Assembly (NCBI GenBank): GCA_039196805.1
Contig: JBCCUO010000049.1
Location: forward strand, 1-10,175
DNA from: Planctomycetota bacterium
Lineage (GTDB): Bacteria; Planctomycetota; Planctomycetia; Pirellulales; Pirellulaceae
Direction: 5' to 3'
Length of the DNA stretch: 10,175 nt
The position numbers were made by a program, and so were the translations under genes. Shown piece after piece: positions 1-6,005 of this stretch (the stretch's first letter is position 1; each line of letters starts with the position of its first letter). The notes beneath the pieces were generated by a model. The model saw only the letters and a list, made by a program, of their open reading frames with translations. It ran no database searches and was not told the DNA's origin.

Positions 1-174
1 CCGAATGGCTTTGTCTTCAACCAGTTGTTGATCGCCGGGCTGCAAACTGCCGTGACGCGCCGAAACGTTGACCTGCATGCTGACTTACTCCGTCCCTTCG
101 CAAATACATTTCCAATGTCCCGCCTTGGTCTGGGAATTCGCTTGGCAAATGAGCGTCGCGAACTCCCTTCGAAC

Positions 175-197
175 TCACTCGCCCAGTCGGCGAGTGA
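175..197 (-). terminator. GC-rich hairpin ~80 nt downstream of the methyltransferase stop (possible terminator lacking a U-tract)
   Basis: Perfect 9-bp inverted repeat TCACTCGCC-CAGTC-GGCGAGTGA (175-197). There is no T/U run on either strand, so this is not a canonical intrinsic terminator. If plus-frame ORF 25-441 were real, the hairpin would lie inside it. Confidence 0.2.
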
Positions 198-276
198 TGC
201 GGGGCCAGTCAGACAGCATAGGCAACTTTGGCCGCGACGAATAGCGATCCTTTTGCGGCGACGGCGGGAAGACCGG

Positions 277-1137
277 CTAGTCCGTGGGAATCCACAGCTG
301 GTTTACAGACCCGGGCTGAGTGGCTTCGGACCCGCGATTTGCGATGCGACGTGCCTTGATTCGCAGATACGGCGCAATCAGCCGTGCGCGGTGGGCGAAG
401 CTTCCGATCGCAGCGTCCGATTTCGCATGCATGGGCTCTAGCAGATCCTCGACCACCATTCCGGACCGGCATATCCCCCCTACGATTTCTTCCCAGCGAT
501 GGACGTATTCCACGGCTCCCCGTTCGCGCAGCCGTCGGCTGACCTCATCCTGGATCGGTGTGGGCGGGACCGGATTTGACCCGTAGTAGGGTTCCGAGAT
601 CAGGTAGCCGGCGTCGGGATGGTCTCGCGTTGACGCCTGCAAGCTGGTTGGACTCTTGTGCTGGCTGATGTACAGCCCACCGACCCTCAGGACACGTGAA
701 ACCTCGCGGAAAACGGGCTGAATCTCAGCCAGATAGCAGGTGCTGACCGGATGGATGACCAGGTCAAATTCGCCCGTTTGGAACATCGACAGGTCGTCCA
801 TCGATGTCTCGAACAGCCGCACCGAGTGCCCCCGCTGGGCGGCAGTGGCCCGGTCCAGCTCCAGCATTCGGCCGCTGAGATCGACCACCGTGACGTCGGC
901 ACCCGCCGCCGCGTAGAGCGAACTTTGGCGGCCTCCTCCGGCAGCGAGGCAAAGCGTCTTCTTTCCGGCAATCGAGGTGCCCAGCCAGCCGGCTGGATCG
1001 ACGGTTTTTAGCGGGTTTTCAAGCTGTTCTTCGGTCGCGGGACGGCACAGCGGCTGGTTCTGGTCGGCCATTCGGTCATAGGTCTGCCGGTAGGCCCGTA
1101 GAGTCTGATCGCGGTCCACTAAAGCGGCTCCGGACAA
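277..1137 (-). CDS. Class I SAM-dependent methyltransferase (Methyltransf_11/12-like)
   Basis: 286-aa ORF. It has a glycine-rich motif I 'LCLAAGGGRQSSLYAAAGADVTVVDLS' (the GxGxG SAM-binding loop followed by the acidic residue ending beta2). It also has the post-I/II pattern 'FDLVIHPVSTCYL' and 'LRVGGLYISQ', the motif III/IV layout of Rossmann-fold methyltransferases. Substrate unknown. The last ~50 residues (to the stop at 277) are not obviously methyltransferase-like, so the C-terminal boundary is less certain. Confidence 0.7.
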   Translation of the reverse strand: MSGAALVDRDQTLRAYRQTYDRMADQNQPLCRPATEEQLENPLKTVDPAGWLGTSIAGKKTLCLAAGGGRQSSLYAAAGADVTVVDLSGRMLELDRATAAQRGHSVRLFETSMDDLSMFQTGEFDLVIHPVSTCYLAEIQPVFREVSRVLRVGGLYISQHKSPTSLQASTRDHPDAGYLISEPYYGSNPVPPTPIQDEVSRRLRERGAVEYVHRWEEIVGGICRSGMVVEDLLEPMHAKSDAAIGSFAHRARLIAPYLRIKARRIANRGSEATQPGSVNQLWIPTD

Positions 1138-1343
1138 GCAATCAGAGGGGATTCCAACCGTTTTTTCGCCATTTCGATGAGTACCTGGGGCGATTTACCG
1201 ATCGACGGGGAACTTTTGGCGTCAGCCCCGCATCGGACCTTCGCAGCCGTACACCAGTGCGGTGTCAACACGGCTATCATGCGACAATCCGAAACCGGAC
1301 AGCGAATGATTCGCGTCAGGATCCTAACCAAGAGAGTCGAGAG

Positions 1344-1367
1344 GCGGACCCCATTGGGTCCGCTTTT
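1344..1367 (+). promoter_or_regulatory. Leader stem-loop plus T-tract immediately upstream of the anti-sigma-like gene (attenuator or terminator-like element)
   Basis: Perfect 8-bp GC-rich stem GCGGACCC / GGGTCCGC (1344-1351 and 1356-1363) with loop CATT, followed directly by TTTT (1364-1367). The ATG at 1379 is only 12 nt downstream. The element lies at the 3' end of a 240-bp divergent intergenic region (1138-1378). Confidence 0.4.
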
Positions 1368-1378
1368 CGTGCGATGAG

Positions 1379-2662
1379 ATGTCTAATTCGAAAGAGACCA
1401 TTGATCAGCTGCTGAGCGAATACCTGGACGGTGTTCTGGATGCAGCCGATTCTGCGCGGGTCGAGGGATTGATCCGTGATGATGCTGAAGTCGCTGCTGA
1501 CTATCAGTCCCTGCTGCAAACTCGCTCGAGTCTGCGAAGTCTGGCGGCGCAGAGTCGCCCCACGCTGCCCGCCGGCTTCGCGGACCGTGTGATCGAAGCG
1601 GCCATCGACCGGGCACGCAGCGAAGGCCTGTCCGATGACCACCACGTGGTCCAGCTTGCCGAGCAGCCTGCCGCACCCGCCCCGACCGTGTGGTCCACCG
1701 GGACTCGATGGGCAACCATTGCCGTCGGCCTGGCGGCCACGATCCTGATTGCCGTTTTTGCATCGGCACCCTCGACGACCGATCCAGTGGACGACTCTCA
1801 GTTGGCCCAATCGCCATCGAAGGTCAGCGATGAGGGCACCACCGACGATGCCGCTCCCACGATCGACCGACAGCAGTTGGCCGATAACGGTTCCGCGGAT
1901 TCGGCCCGTCCCGACTCGACGCTGGGGGGGACCGACGATCTGAGTGGATCCGAAGATTCGATGACCAGTCCTGCGGGAACCACGAATCCGGTCAGCTCGG
2001 CGATCGCCTCGGCTGTGCCAGGACCCTCGACCGTTGCATCGACGGTCACCGCCACCACGAACGCGGAGCGTGATTCCAATGACGCGGCAAAGATCGCGAA
2101 GGCAGATCCAGCCAAGCTGGCGCGACTTCGGACCGTCATGGTGCTGGACGTCGTCCGGACTCAGAGAGGGCGGGAAGATCAAGTCGTCCGCACCGCAATC
2201 ATCAGCGCCGGGATGCAGCCGCTCCGCCAGCAAGACATGACCGAACAGATCGTCAAGGCGGTCACCAAGTCTGCCGGGGAGGCCGAACCGGCCACGAGCG
2301 ACTCAGACGACGAGGTCGAAGTCCTGTATCTGCAAGCACCCGCACGATCGCTTGACCTGTTTTATCTAACGCTGATGCGCGATCGTCAGAGCGTCGAATC
2401 GGTGGCGATGTCGATGGCAACCGATGCTCCGGTGCTTCAGGTTGCGTCAACGCTGGCCAGTATTGACCCAACCAAGGTTCGTCACGAGTCGTCCGTGGAA
2501 TTGAGCGTCGCGGAGCCTGGATTCTTGGAAGCCTTCCACGACCAGCTCGGTCGCGGTGCTTTTCTGCCGATGCAAGCTCCACGGATCCGACCTGACAGCG
2601 AGCCCGCTGTGGCCAGCCCACAGCAGGATGTGATTGCTCGAGTGCTGGTCCGGGTACGCTAG
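1379..2662 (+). CDS. Membrane-anchored anti-sigma-factor-like protein (degenerate zinc-less zf-HC2/ASD N-terminus, one TM helix, long S/T/D-rich linker, C-terminal extracytoplasmic domain)
   Basis: 427-aa ORF. N-terminal 'LLSEYLDGVLDAADSARVEGLIRDD' matches the zf-HC2 anti-sigma pattern (L.aYLDGeL...A..VE.HLa.C..C), but the His and Cys ligands are replaced, so it would be zinc-less. A single hydrophobic helix 'WATIAVGLAATILIAVFASA' sits at about aa 110-130. A low-complexity Ser/Thr/Asp/Ala-rich segment spans about aa 130-230. A C-terminal region of ~190 aa looks globular. No ECF sigma factor gene is adjacent in this window. Confidence 0.5.
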   Translation: MSNSKETIDQLLSEYLDGVLDAADSARVEGLIRDDAEVAADYQSLLQTRSSLRSLAAQSRPTLPAGFADRVIEAAIDRARSEGLSDDHHVVQLAEQPAAPAPTVWSTGTRWATIAVGLAATILIAVFASAPSTTDPVDDSQLAQSPSKVSDEGTTDDAAPTIDRQQLADNGSADSARPDSTLGGTDDLSGSEDSMTSPAGTTNPVSSAIASAVPGPSTVASTVTATTNAERDSNDAAKIAKADPAKLARLRTVMVLDVVRTQRGREDQVVRTAIISAGMQPLRQQDMTEQIVKAVTKSAGEAEPATSDSDDEVEVLYLQAPARSLDLFYLTLMRDRQSVESVAMSMATDAPVLQVASTLASIDPTKVRHESSVELSVAEPGFLEAFHDQLGRGAFLPMQAPRIRPDSEPAVASPQQDVIARVLVRVR

Positions 2663-2761
2663 CTTAGCGACGGCCGGTCAATCAGCGTCGCCGTTCGCTC
2701 GGCGAACGAAGCGGAAGAACGCGGTGCTGTCGGAGCGATTGATCTCTCATTAGATCGTGCC

Positions 2762-2901
2762 CGTACTCACGGCGCAGCCCGGTACTCGTACTTCTGCTCG
2801 AATCGACGCTGCCATGACGGAACTCCTCTTCGACCACGATCGCCTTGACGTTACCGCCTGGCCATCGAGTACGAGTACCGCGGGGCTGAGTACAAGTACG
2901 A
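2762..2901. repeat. Imperfect long inverted repeat (GTAC-rich arms of ~31-33 nt, ~76-nt spacer) in the convergent intergenic region
   Basis: The left arm cgtactcacggcgcagcccggtactcgtact (2762-2792) is the imperfect reverse complement of the right arm agtacgagtaccgcggggctgagtacaagtacg (2869-2901). The innermost 12 bp are perfect (GGTACTCGTACT vs AGTACGAGTACC), and the outermost 6 bp (CGTACT/AGTACG) also match. The repeat sits between the 3' ends of the anti-sigma-like gene and the O-methyltransferase. Confidence 0.45.
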
Positions 2902-2932
2902 TGGCAGAATCAAGCACGGACGATGTCGGCGA

Positions 2933-3976
2933 TCAGCGCTTCGTTGCCGTAAAGAACCGACGATCGGCAAGTGTCTCCTGGCACTCGCCAATTTGGTAGC
3001 CACGCGGAACCAGCAAGTCAGCGATTTCCTTTCGCGAATAACACCTGCCCTGGGTGATGTTCATCAGCAGGCACGAGTACTCCGCCGCGGGCAACGGTCC
3101 CGCCAGGTCGTCGTCCAGCAACGCTTGGTGGACGACCAGCAGCCCGCCGGCCGGAAGCGTCTCGTCGGCCCGCTGAAGCAGCTGATCGATTTGGGGAAGG
3201 TCCCAGTCGTGCAGCAGGTTGGACATCAGGACGACGTCCACCTCCTGAGGCCAGTCGCAGTCAAACATATCTCCGCTGGCCACCGAGATTCGCGACTGCA
3301 AGCCGTGCCGGACGACTTCCTTTTCCACCAGTTGGTCCACCGGAGCCTGTTCCAGCACGGTCGCGTGCAGGTGGTCATGCGTCGCGACCAGCGTGGCAGA
3401 GTAGATTCCCGAGCCGCCGCCGACGTCCAATACATGCTTTCGCTGTTTCAGCTCAGGGCCCAGCTTCTTCGCCAGAGCCTGTCCGAACGAAAGCCCTCGA
3501 CAGTTCATCATCGCCGTGAATCGACTGGCAAACTCCGGATCCCGCATCGATTCGTGCCAATCGTTGCCGTCCGATTGGGCTTGCCAGTTGCCCGGACGGC
3601 CGGTCTTCAGGACCTTCAGATGGTCCTGCAAGATCGATGAACTCTCCAGTGATTGGTAGTACGGCTTGAGCGACCAGGGCGAACCATCCACCAGATGTTC
3701 GCGGCCTAACTGGGTCAAGCGATGCCGCTGTAGCGACGCGTCCGACTCCATCAGCCCCATGCTTCGGCAAAGCGTCAGCAACACCTCGGTGGGTCGCCGA
3801 TGCACGTCGAATTGTCGTAGGATCTCCGCCGTTTCGACCTCAGACCGGCCGTCAAGCCAAGTGAACAGGTTGAACCGCAGGATGGCGACCCCCAACAGGT
3901 CCGCTGCGTACTGACGATCCCGATAGCGAAGCAGGAGCGTGGGGTCGGTTTGCGGAGCCGTGGTCAGGGGATTCAT
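2933..3976 (-). CDS. O-methyltransferase family-2-like SAM-dependent methyltransferase (N-terminal dimerisation/winged-helix domain plus Rossmann methyltransferase domain)
   Basis: 347-aa ORF. Motif I 'VLDVGGGSGIYSATLV' matches the conserved (L/V)DVGGGxG of PF00891-type O-methyltransferases. The downstream 'VASGDMFD', 'DVVLMSNLLHDW' and 'LPAGGLLVVHQ' motifs fit the acidic, hydrophobic and catalytic-His layout of that family. The N-terminal ~100 aa resemble the dimerisation domain of small-molecule O-methyltransferases. Substrate unknown. Confidence 0.7.
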   Translation of the reverse strand: MNPLTTAPQTDPTLLLRYRDRQYAADLLGVAILRFNLFTWLDGRSEVETAEILRQFDVHRRPTEVLLTLCRSMGLMESDASLQRHRLTQLGREHLVDGSPWSLKPYYQSLESSSILQDHLKVLKTGRPGNWQAQSDGNDWHESMRDPEFASRFTAMMNCRGLSFGQALAKKLGPELKQRKHVLDVGGGSGIYSATLVATHDHLHATVLEQAPVDQLVEKEVVRHGLQSRISVASGDMFDCDWPQEVDVVLMSNLLHDWDLPQIDQLLQRADETLPAGGLLVVHQALLDDDLAGPLPAAEYSCLLMNITQGRCYSRKEIADLLVPRGYQIGECQETLADRRFFTATKR

Positions 3977-3991
3977 GGTCAGGTCACGCCC

Positions 3992-5107
3992 CTACCTGGC
4001 GTTCACAGAGACAGAACGATGTACCGGAGTGAGGCGGGTTCGCGGGACTTCGGCGGTCGTCGGCTGGGCCGAAGTGGCCGTGGCAGGAGATACATTCGAA
4101 CGCGGAGTCCAGTTGCCCTTCTGTGGGCTCAGCTGGCTCAAGAACTGCGGCGGCGAATTGGTCGTCCGCGTTCGGCGACCCACGCTCATGATCACGCGAC
4201 TGAATTGCTGTCTCTTCTCCGCCGGGACCTGTGGCATGCGTGAAGCGACGTCGATCATCGAGCGTGGCTTGACTTCGCTGGCTTGCGATACCTGTCCGAT
4301 GAAGCGAGCCGTCTCTTGGAAGTTGTGATCGGCGGATCGTCCGATCAGACCGCTTAGGGTACGAGCGACCAGGTCAGCCCCCAGCGTGTCAAACCTGACG
4401 AAGCAATCGATCGTCCCCGTGACGGTGGTGCGCCCGGAAGCCGATTTGGCGTAGCTGCTCTTGAGCACGAACACACCGTTGCCCCGAATCGGCTTGGCGA
4501 CCAGGCGTCCGTCGTAACTGCCTTCGGCGACAAAGATATGGGTGTCGCCATCGCCGTATACCAGGTCGATCACGCACGTTGTGCCGGTCCCGTCATTGGC
4601 CCGCAATCGATACTGATCGGTGCGTTGGACTTGGACCTTGGTGATCCCCATCAAGTCCCACAGCCCGACCAGAATTTCAGGGTTTCGAGACAGGAACAGA
4701 AACATGTCTCGGTCGCAGTCAATCGCCTGGGCAGGTAGCCGGCGGTAGATCGTCGGCGACTGGGCGATGCGCCAGATGTTGTTCCGCGCCTGCTCGGTCA
4801 GCTTGTCCAGTGGCAAATCATCAAGGGTCTGCTGTCGCTGTTTGCGATCTGCGGACCGGAAGAGTCCTCCGCCTCCCGTGCCGCGTTGTGACTTCGCGCT
4901 TGGCTTTGCCTTCGCGCCAAGTTTGGGCGATGCGGCAGCTGCCTGGTGGGATGGAGCGAACGTCCATGCACCGCAGGTCAGCAGCACTGCGATGCTAGCA
5001 CCGCGTGCGAGCGTTCGGAACGATTCCCCCGCCACCGACGTCCTCTGCTGATGAAGTCTACGCAGTCCACCAACTGCGATAAGCCGCCTGAATCGGTGGG
5101 GCGGCAT
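3992..5107 (-). CDS. Secreted hypothetical protein with a signal-peptide-like N-terminus, co-operonic with the O-methyltransferase
   Basis: 371-aa ORF ending 16 nt upstream of the O-methyltransferase start on the same strand. The N-terminus has an Arg-rich n-region followed by a hydrophobic stretch 'ASIAVLLTCGAWTFAPSHQAAAA', which is signal-peptide-like. The exact start is uncertain because internal in-frame starts exist. The central ~230 aa appear globular and beta-rich. The C-terminal ~80 aa are low-complexity S/T/P/R-rich. No family recognised. Confidence 0.5.
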   Translation of the reverse strand: MPPHRFRRLIAVGGLRRLHQQRTSVAGESFRTLARGASIAVLLTCGAWTFAPSHQAAAASPKLGAKAKPSAKSQRGTGGGGLFRSADRKQRQQTLDDLPLDKLTEQARNNIWRIAQSPTIYRRLPAQAIDCDRDMFLFLSRNPEILVGLWDLMGITKVQVQRTDQYRLRANDGTGTTCVIDLVYGDGDTHIFVAEGSYDGRLVAKPIRGNGVFVLKSSYAKSASGRTTVTGTIDCFVRFDTLGADLVARTLSGLIGRSADHNFQETARFIGQVSQASEVKPRSMIDVASRMPQVPAEKRQQFSRVIMSVGRRTRTTNSPPQFLSQLSPQKGNWTPRSNVSPATATSAQPTTAEVPRTRLTPVHRSVSVNAR

Positions 5108-5231
5108 CGTCCCTACGCGACCATACGGGGTGTTTTCGGCTCAGCGGGACCAGAGGGTTGAGGCAAAAAGGCGGTCGAGCGCCCTGTTTGTCGATCGGCG
5201 TGGCCTGGATCGGTAAGCTTGGCCGAAAGAG

Positions 5232-5254
5232 TCCGCCGACCGCTGGCGGATTTT
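5232..5254 (+). promoter_or_regulatory. Leader stem-loop plus TTTT upstream of the nfeD-flotillin operon
   Basis: TCCGCC-GACCGCT-GGCGGA (6-bp stem at 5232-5237 and 5245-5250, 7-nt loop) followed by TTTT (5251-5254), 68 nt upstream of the GTG start at 5322. It sits in the 214-bp divergent intergenic region between the minus-strand hypothetical gene and nfeD. Confidence 0.3.
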
Positions 5255-5321
5255 GAGCTAAGAATTGCTGGTCGCCGTGTCCAGCGACGGCTGACAATCG
5301 CCGCCAGACTTCCAGAGCGCC

Positions 5322-6005
5322 GTGATCGAAATCCTTGAGAAGCTGTTCGTTGGGCCGATTTGGCCTGCCTCGATGCTGGTCTGTTTATTGGCCCTGTACG
5401 CTTTGGTCGCGTTGCTGGGGTTGATCGACCTGGACCTGGGTGGGGCGGATGTCGACCTGAGTCCCGATGTGGATCTTGATGGCGCGTTGCCCGACGTCAG
5501 CGGCGGGGACGTCGACATGGATGGTGACCTGCTGGGCGGCCTGGGGGGAGCCACGTTGCGGTGGCTGAACCTGGATCGGTTGCCGCTGATTGTCTGGGGT
5601 TCGATGTTCACCGTTGTCTTCTGGGCGATCAGCTATGGGCTCTGGTACGGGTTCGATGTTCGTCGCTACGAACCGACGGTCATGACGTCTTTACTGCTTA
5701 TCGCACGTAATTCGGTCCTATCGATTGGCATCACCAAGTTTGGTACCGACCCCCTCAATCGTCTGTTTCAGCCGGCCCCTCGCTTCAGCCCAAGCAATCT
5801 TATTGGGCAGACCTGCCAGATCAGCACCGGTGAAGCAACCGATTCTGCCGGTCAAGCCAAATTCAAAACCGATGCGGCTCCCCTGTTGCTGAACGTTCGC
5901 ACTGATGGCGAGCGGATCACCAAGGGGGAAGTCGTCCAGATCATTGCGTTTGATGCGGATCGACGGATCTATAAAGTCTCCGCCATGCCTCAAGAGGTTT
6001 CCTGA
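5322..6005 (+). CDS. NfeD-like membrane protein (YqiJ/YuaF-like): N-terminal TM helices, acidic DVDLD-repeat segment, C-terminal OB-fold domain
   Basis: 227-aa ORF with a GTG start. Hydrophobic helices 'IWPASMLVCLLALYALVALLGLI' and 'LPLIVWGSMFTVVFWAISYGLWYGF'. The C-terminal ~70 aa, 'GQTCQISTGEATDSAGQAKFKTDAAPLLLNVRTDGERITKGEVVQIIAFDADRRIYKV', match the beta-barrel (OB-fold) C-terminal domain of short NfeD proteins, which are encoded next to SPFH proteins. Its stop TGA overlaps the flotillin ATG (TGATG at 6003-6007). Confidence 0.75.
   Translation: MIEILEKLFVGPIWPASMLVCLLALYALVALLGLIDLDLGGADVDLSPDVDLDGALPDVSGGDVDMDGDLLGGLGGATLRWLNLDRLPLIVWGSMFTVVFWAISYGLWYGFDVRRYEPTVMTSLLLIARNSVLSIGITKFGTDPLNRLFQPAPRFSPSNLIGQTCQISTGEATDSAGQAKFKTDAAPLLLNVRTDGERITKGEVVQIIAFDADRRIYKVSAMPQEVS

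Noticed and set aside
25-441. Plus-strand ORF open from the window start (frame 1) to 441, which could be the 3' end of an upstream gene
   Set aside because: It would overlap the convergent methyltransferase gene by ~165 nt. It contains RRRRED-type Arg runs typical of antisense translation in high-GC DNA. I could not exclude that the first ~80 codons are real, and I cannot check this without upstream sequence.
209-472. 87-aa minus-strand ORF and 320-586 plus-strand ORF
   Set aside because: They overlap the methyltransferase in alternative frames and have Arg/Ser-rich composition.
1177-1377. 66-aa plus-strand ORF (and 1119-1331 on the minus strand) in the divergent intergenic region, considered as a possible missing ECF sigma factor
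   Set aside because: It is far too short for a sigma-70 family protein (about 170 aa or more would be needed) and has no region 2/4 motifs. It is more likely non-coding leader or promoter DNA.
1316-2233. 305-aa minus-strand ORF (plus 1383-1817, 1504-1740 and 1798-2139) antisense to the anti-sigma-like gene
   Set aside because: It is Arg/Gly-rich with no domain features. It overlaps a plus-strand gene that has a coherent TM/domain architecture.
2993-3640. 215-aa plus-strand ORF (plus 3226-3435 and 3453-3770 on the minus strand, and 3666-3914 on the plus strand) overlapping the O-methyltransferase
   Set aside because: The Arg/Gln/Val-rich antisense translation has no motifs. The minus-strand frame carries canonical O-methyltransferase motifs.
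3939-5161. Plus-strand ORFs 3939-4328, 3950-4243, 4538-4738, 4767-5051, 4810-4998 and 4946-5161, and minus-strand ORFs 4354-4551 and 4389-4577
   Set aside because: All overlap the 371-aa minus-strand secreted-protein gene in other frames. They are Arg/Cys-rich and lack structure-like patterns.
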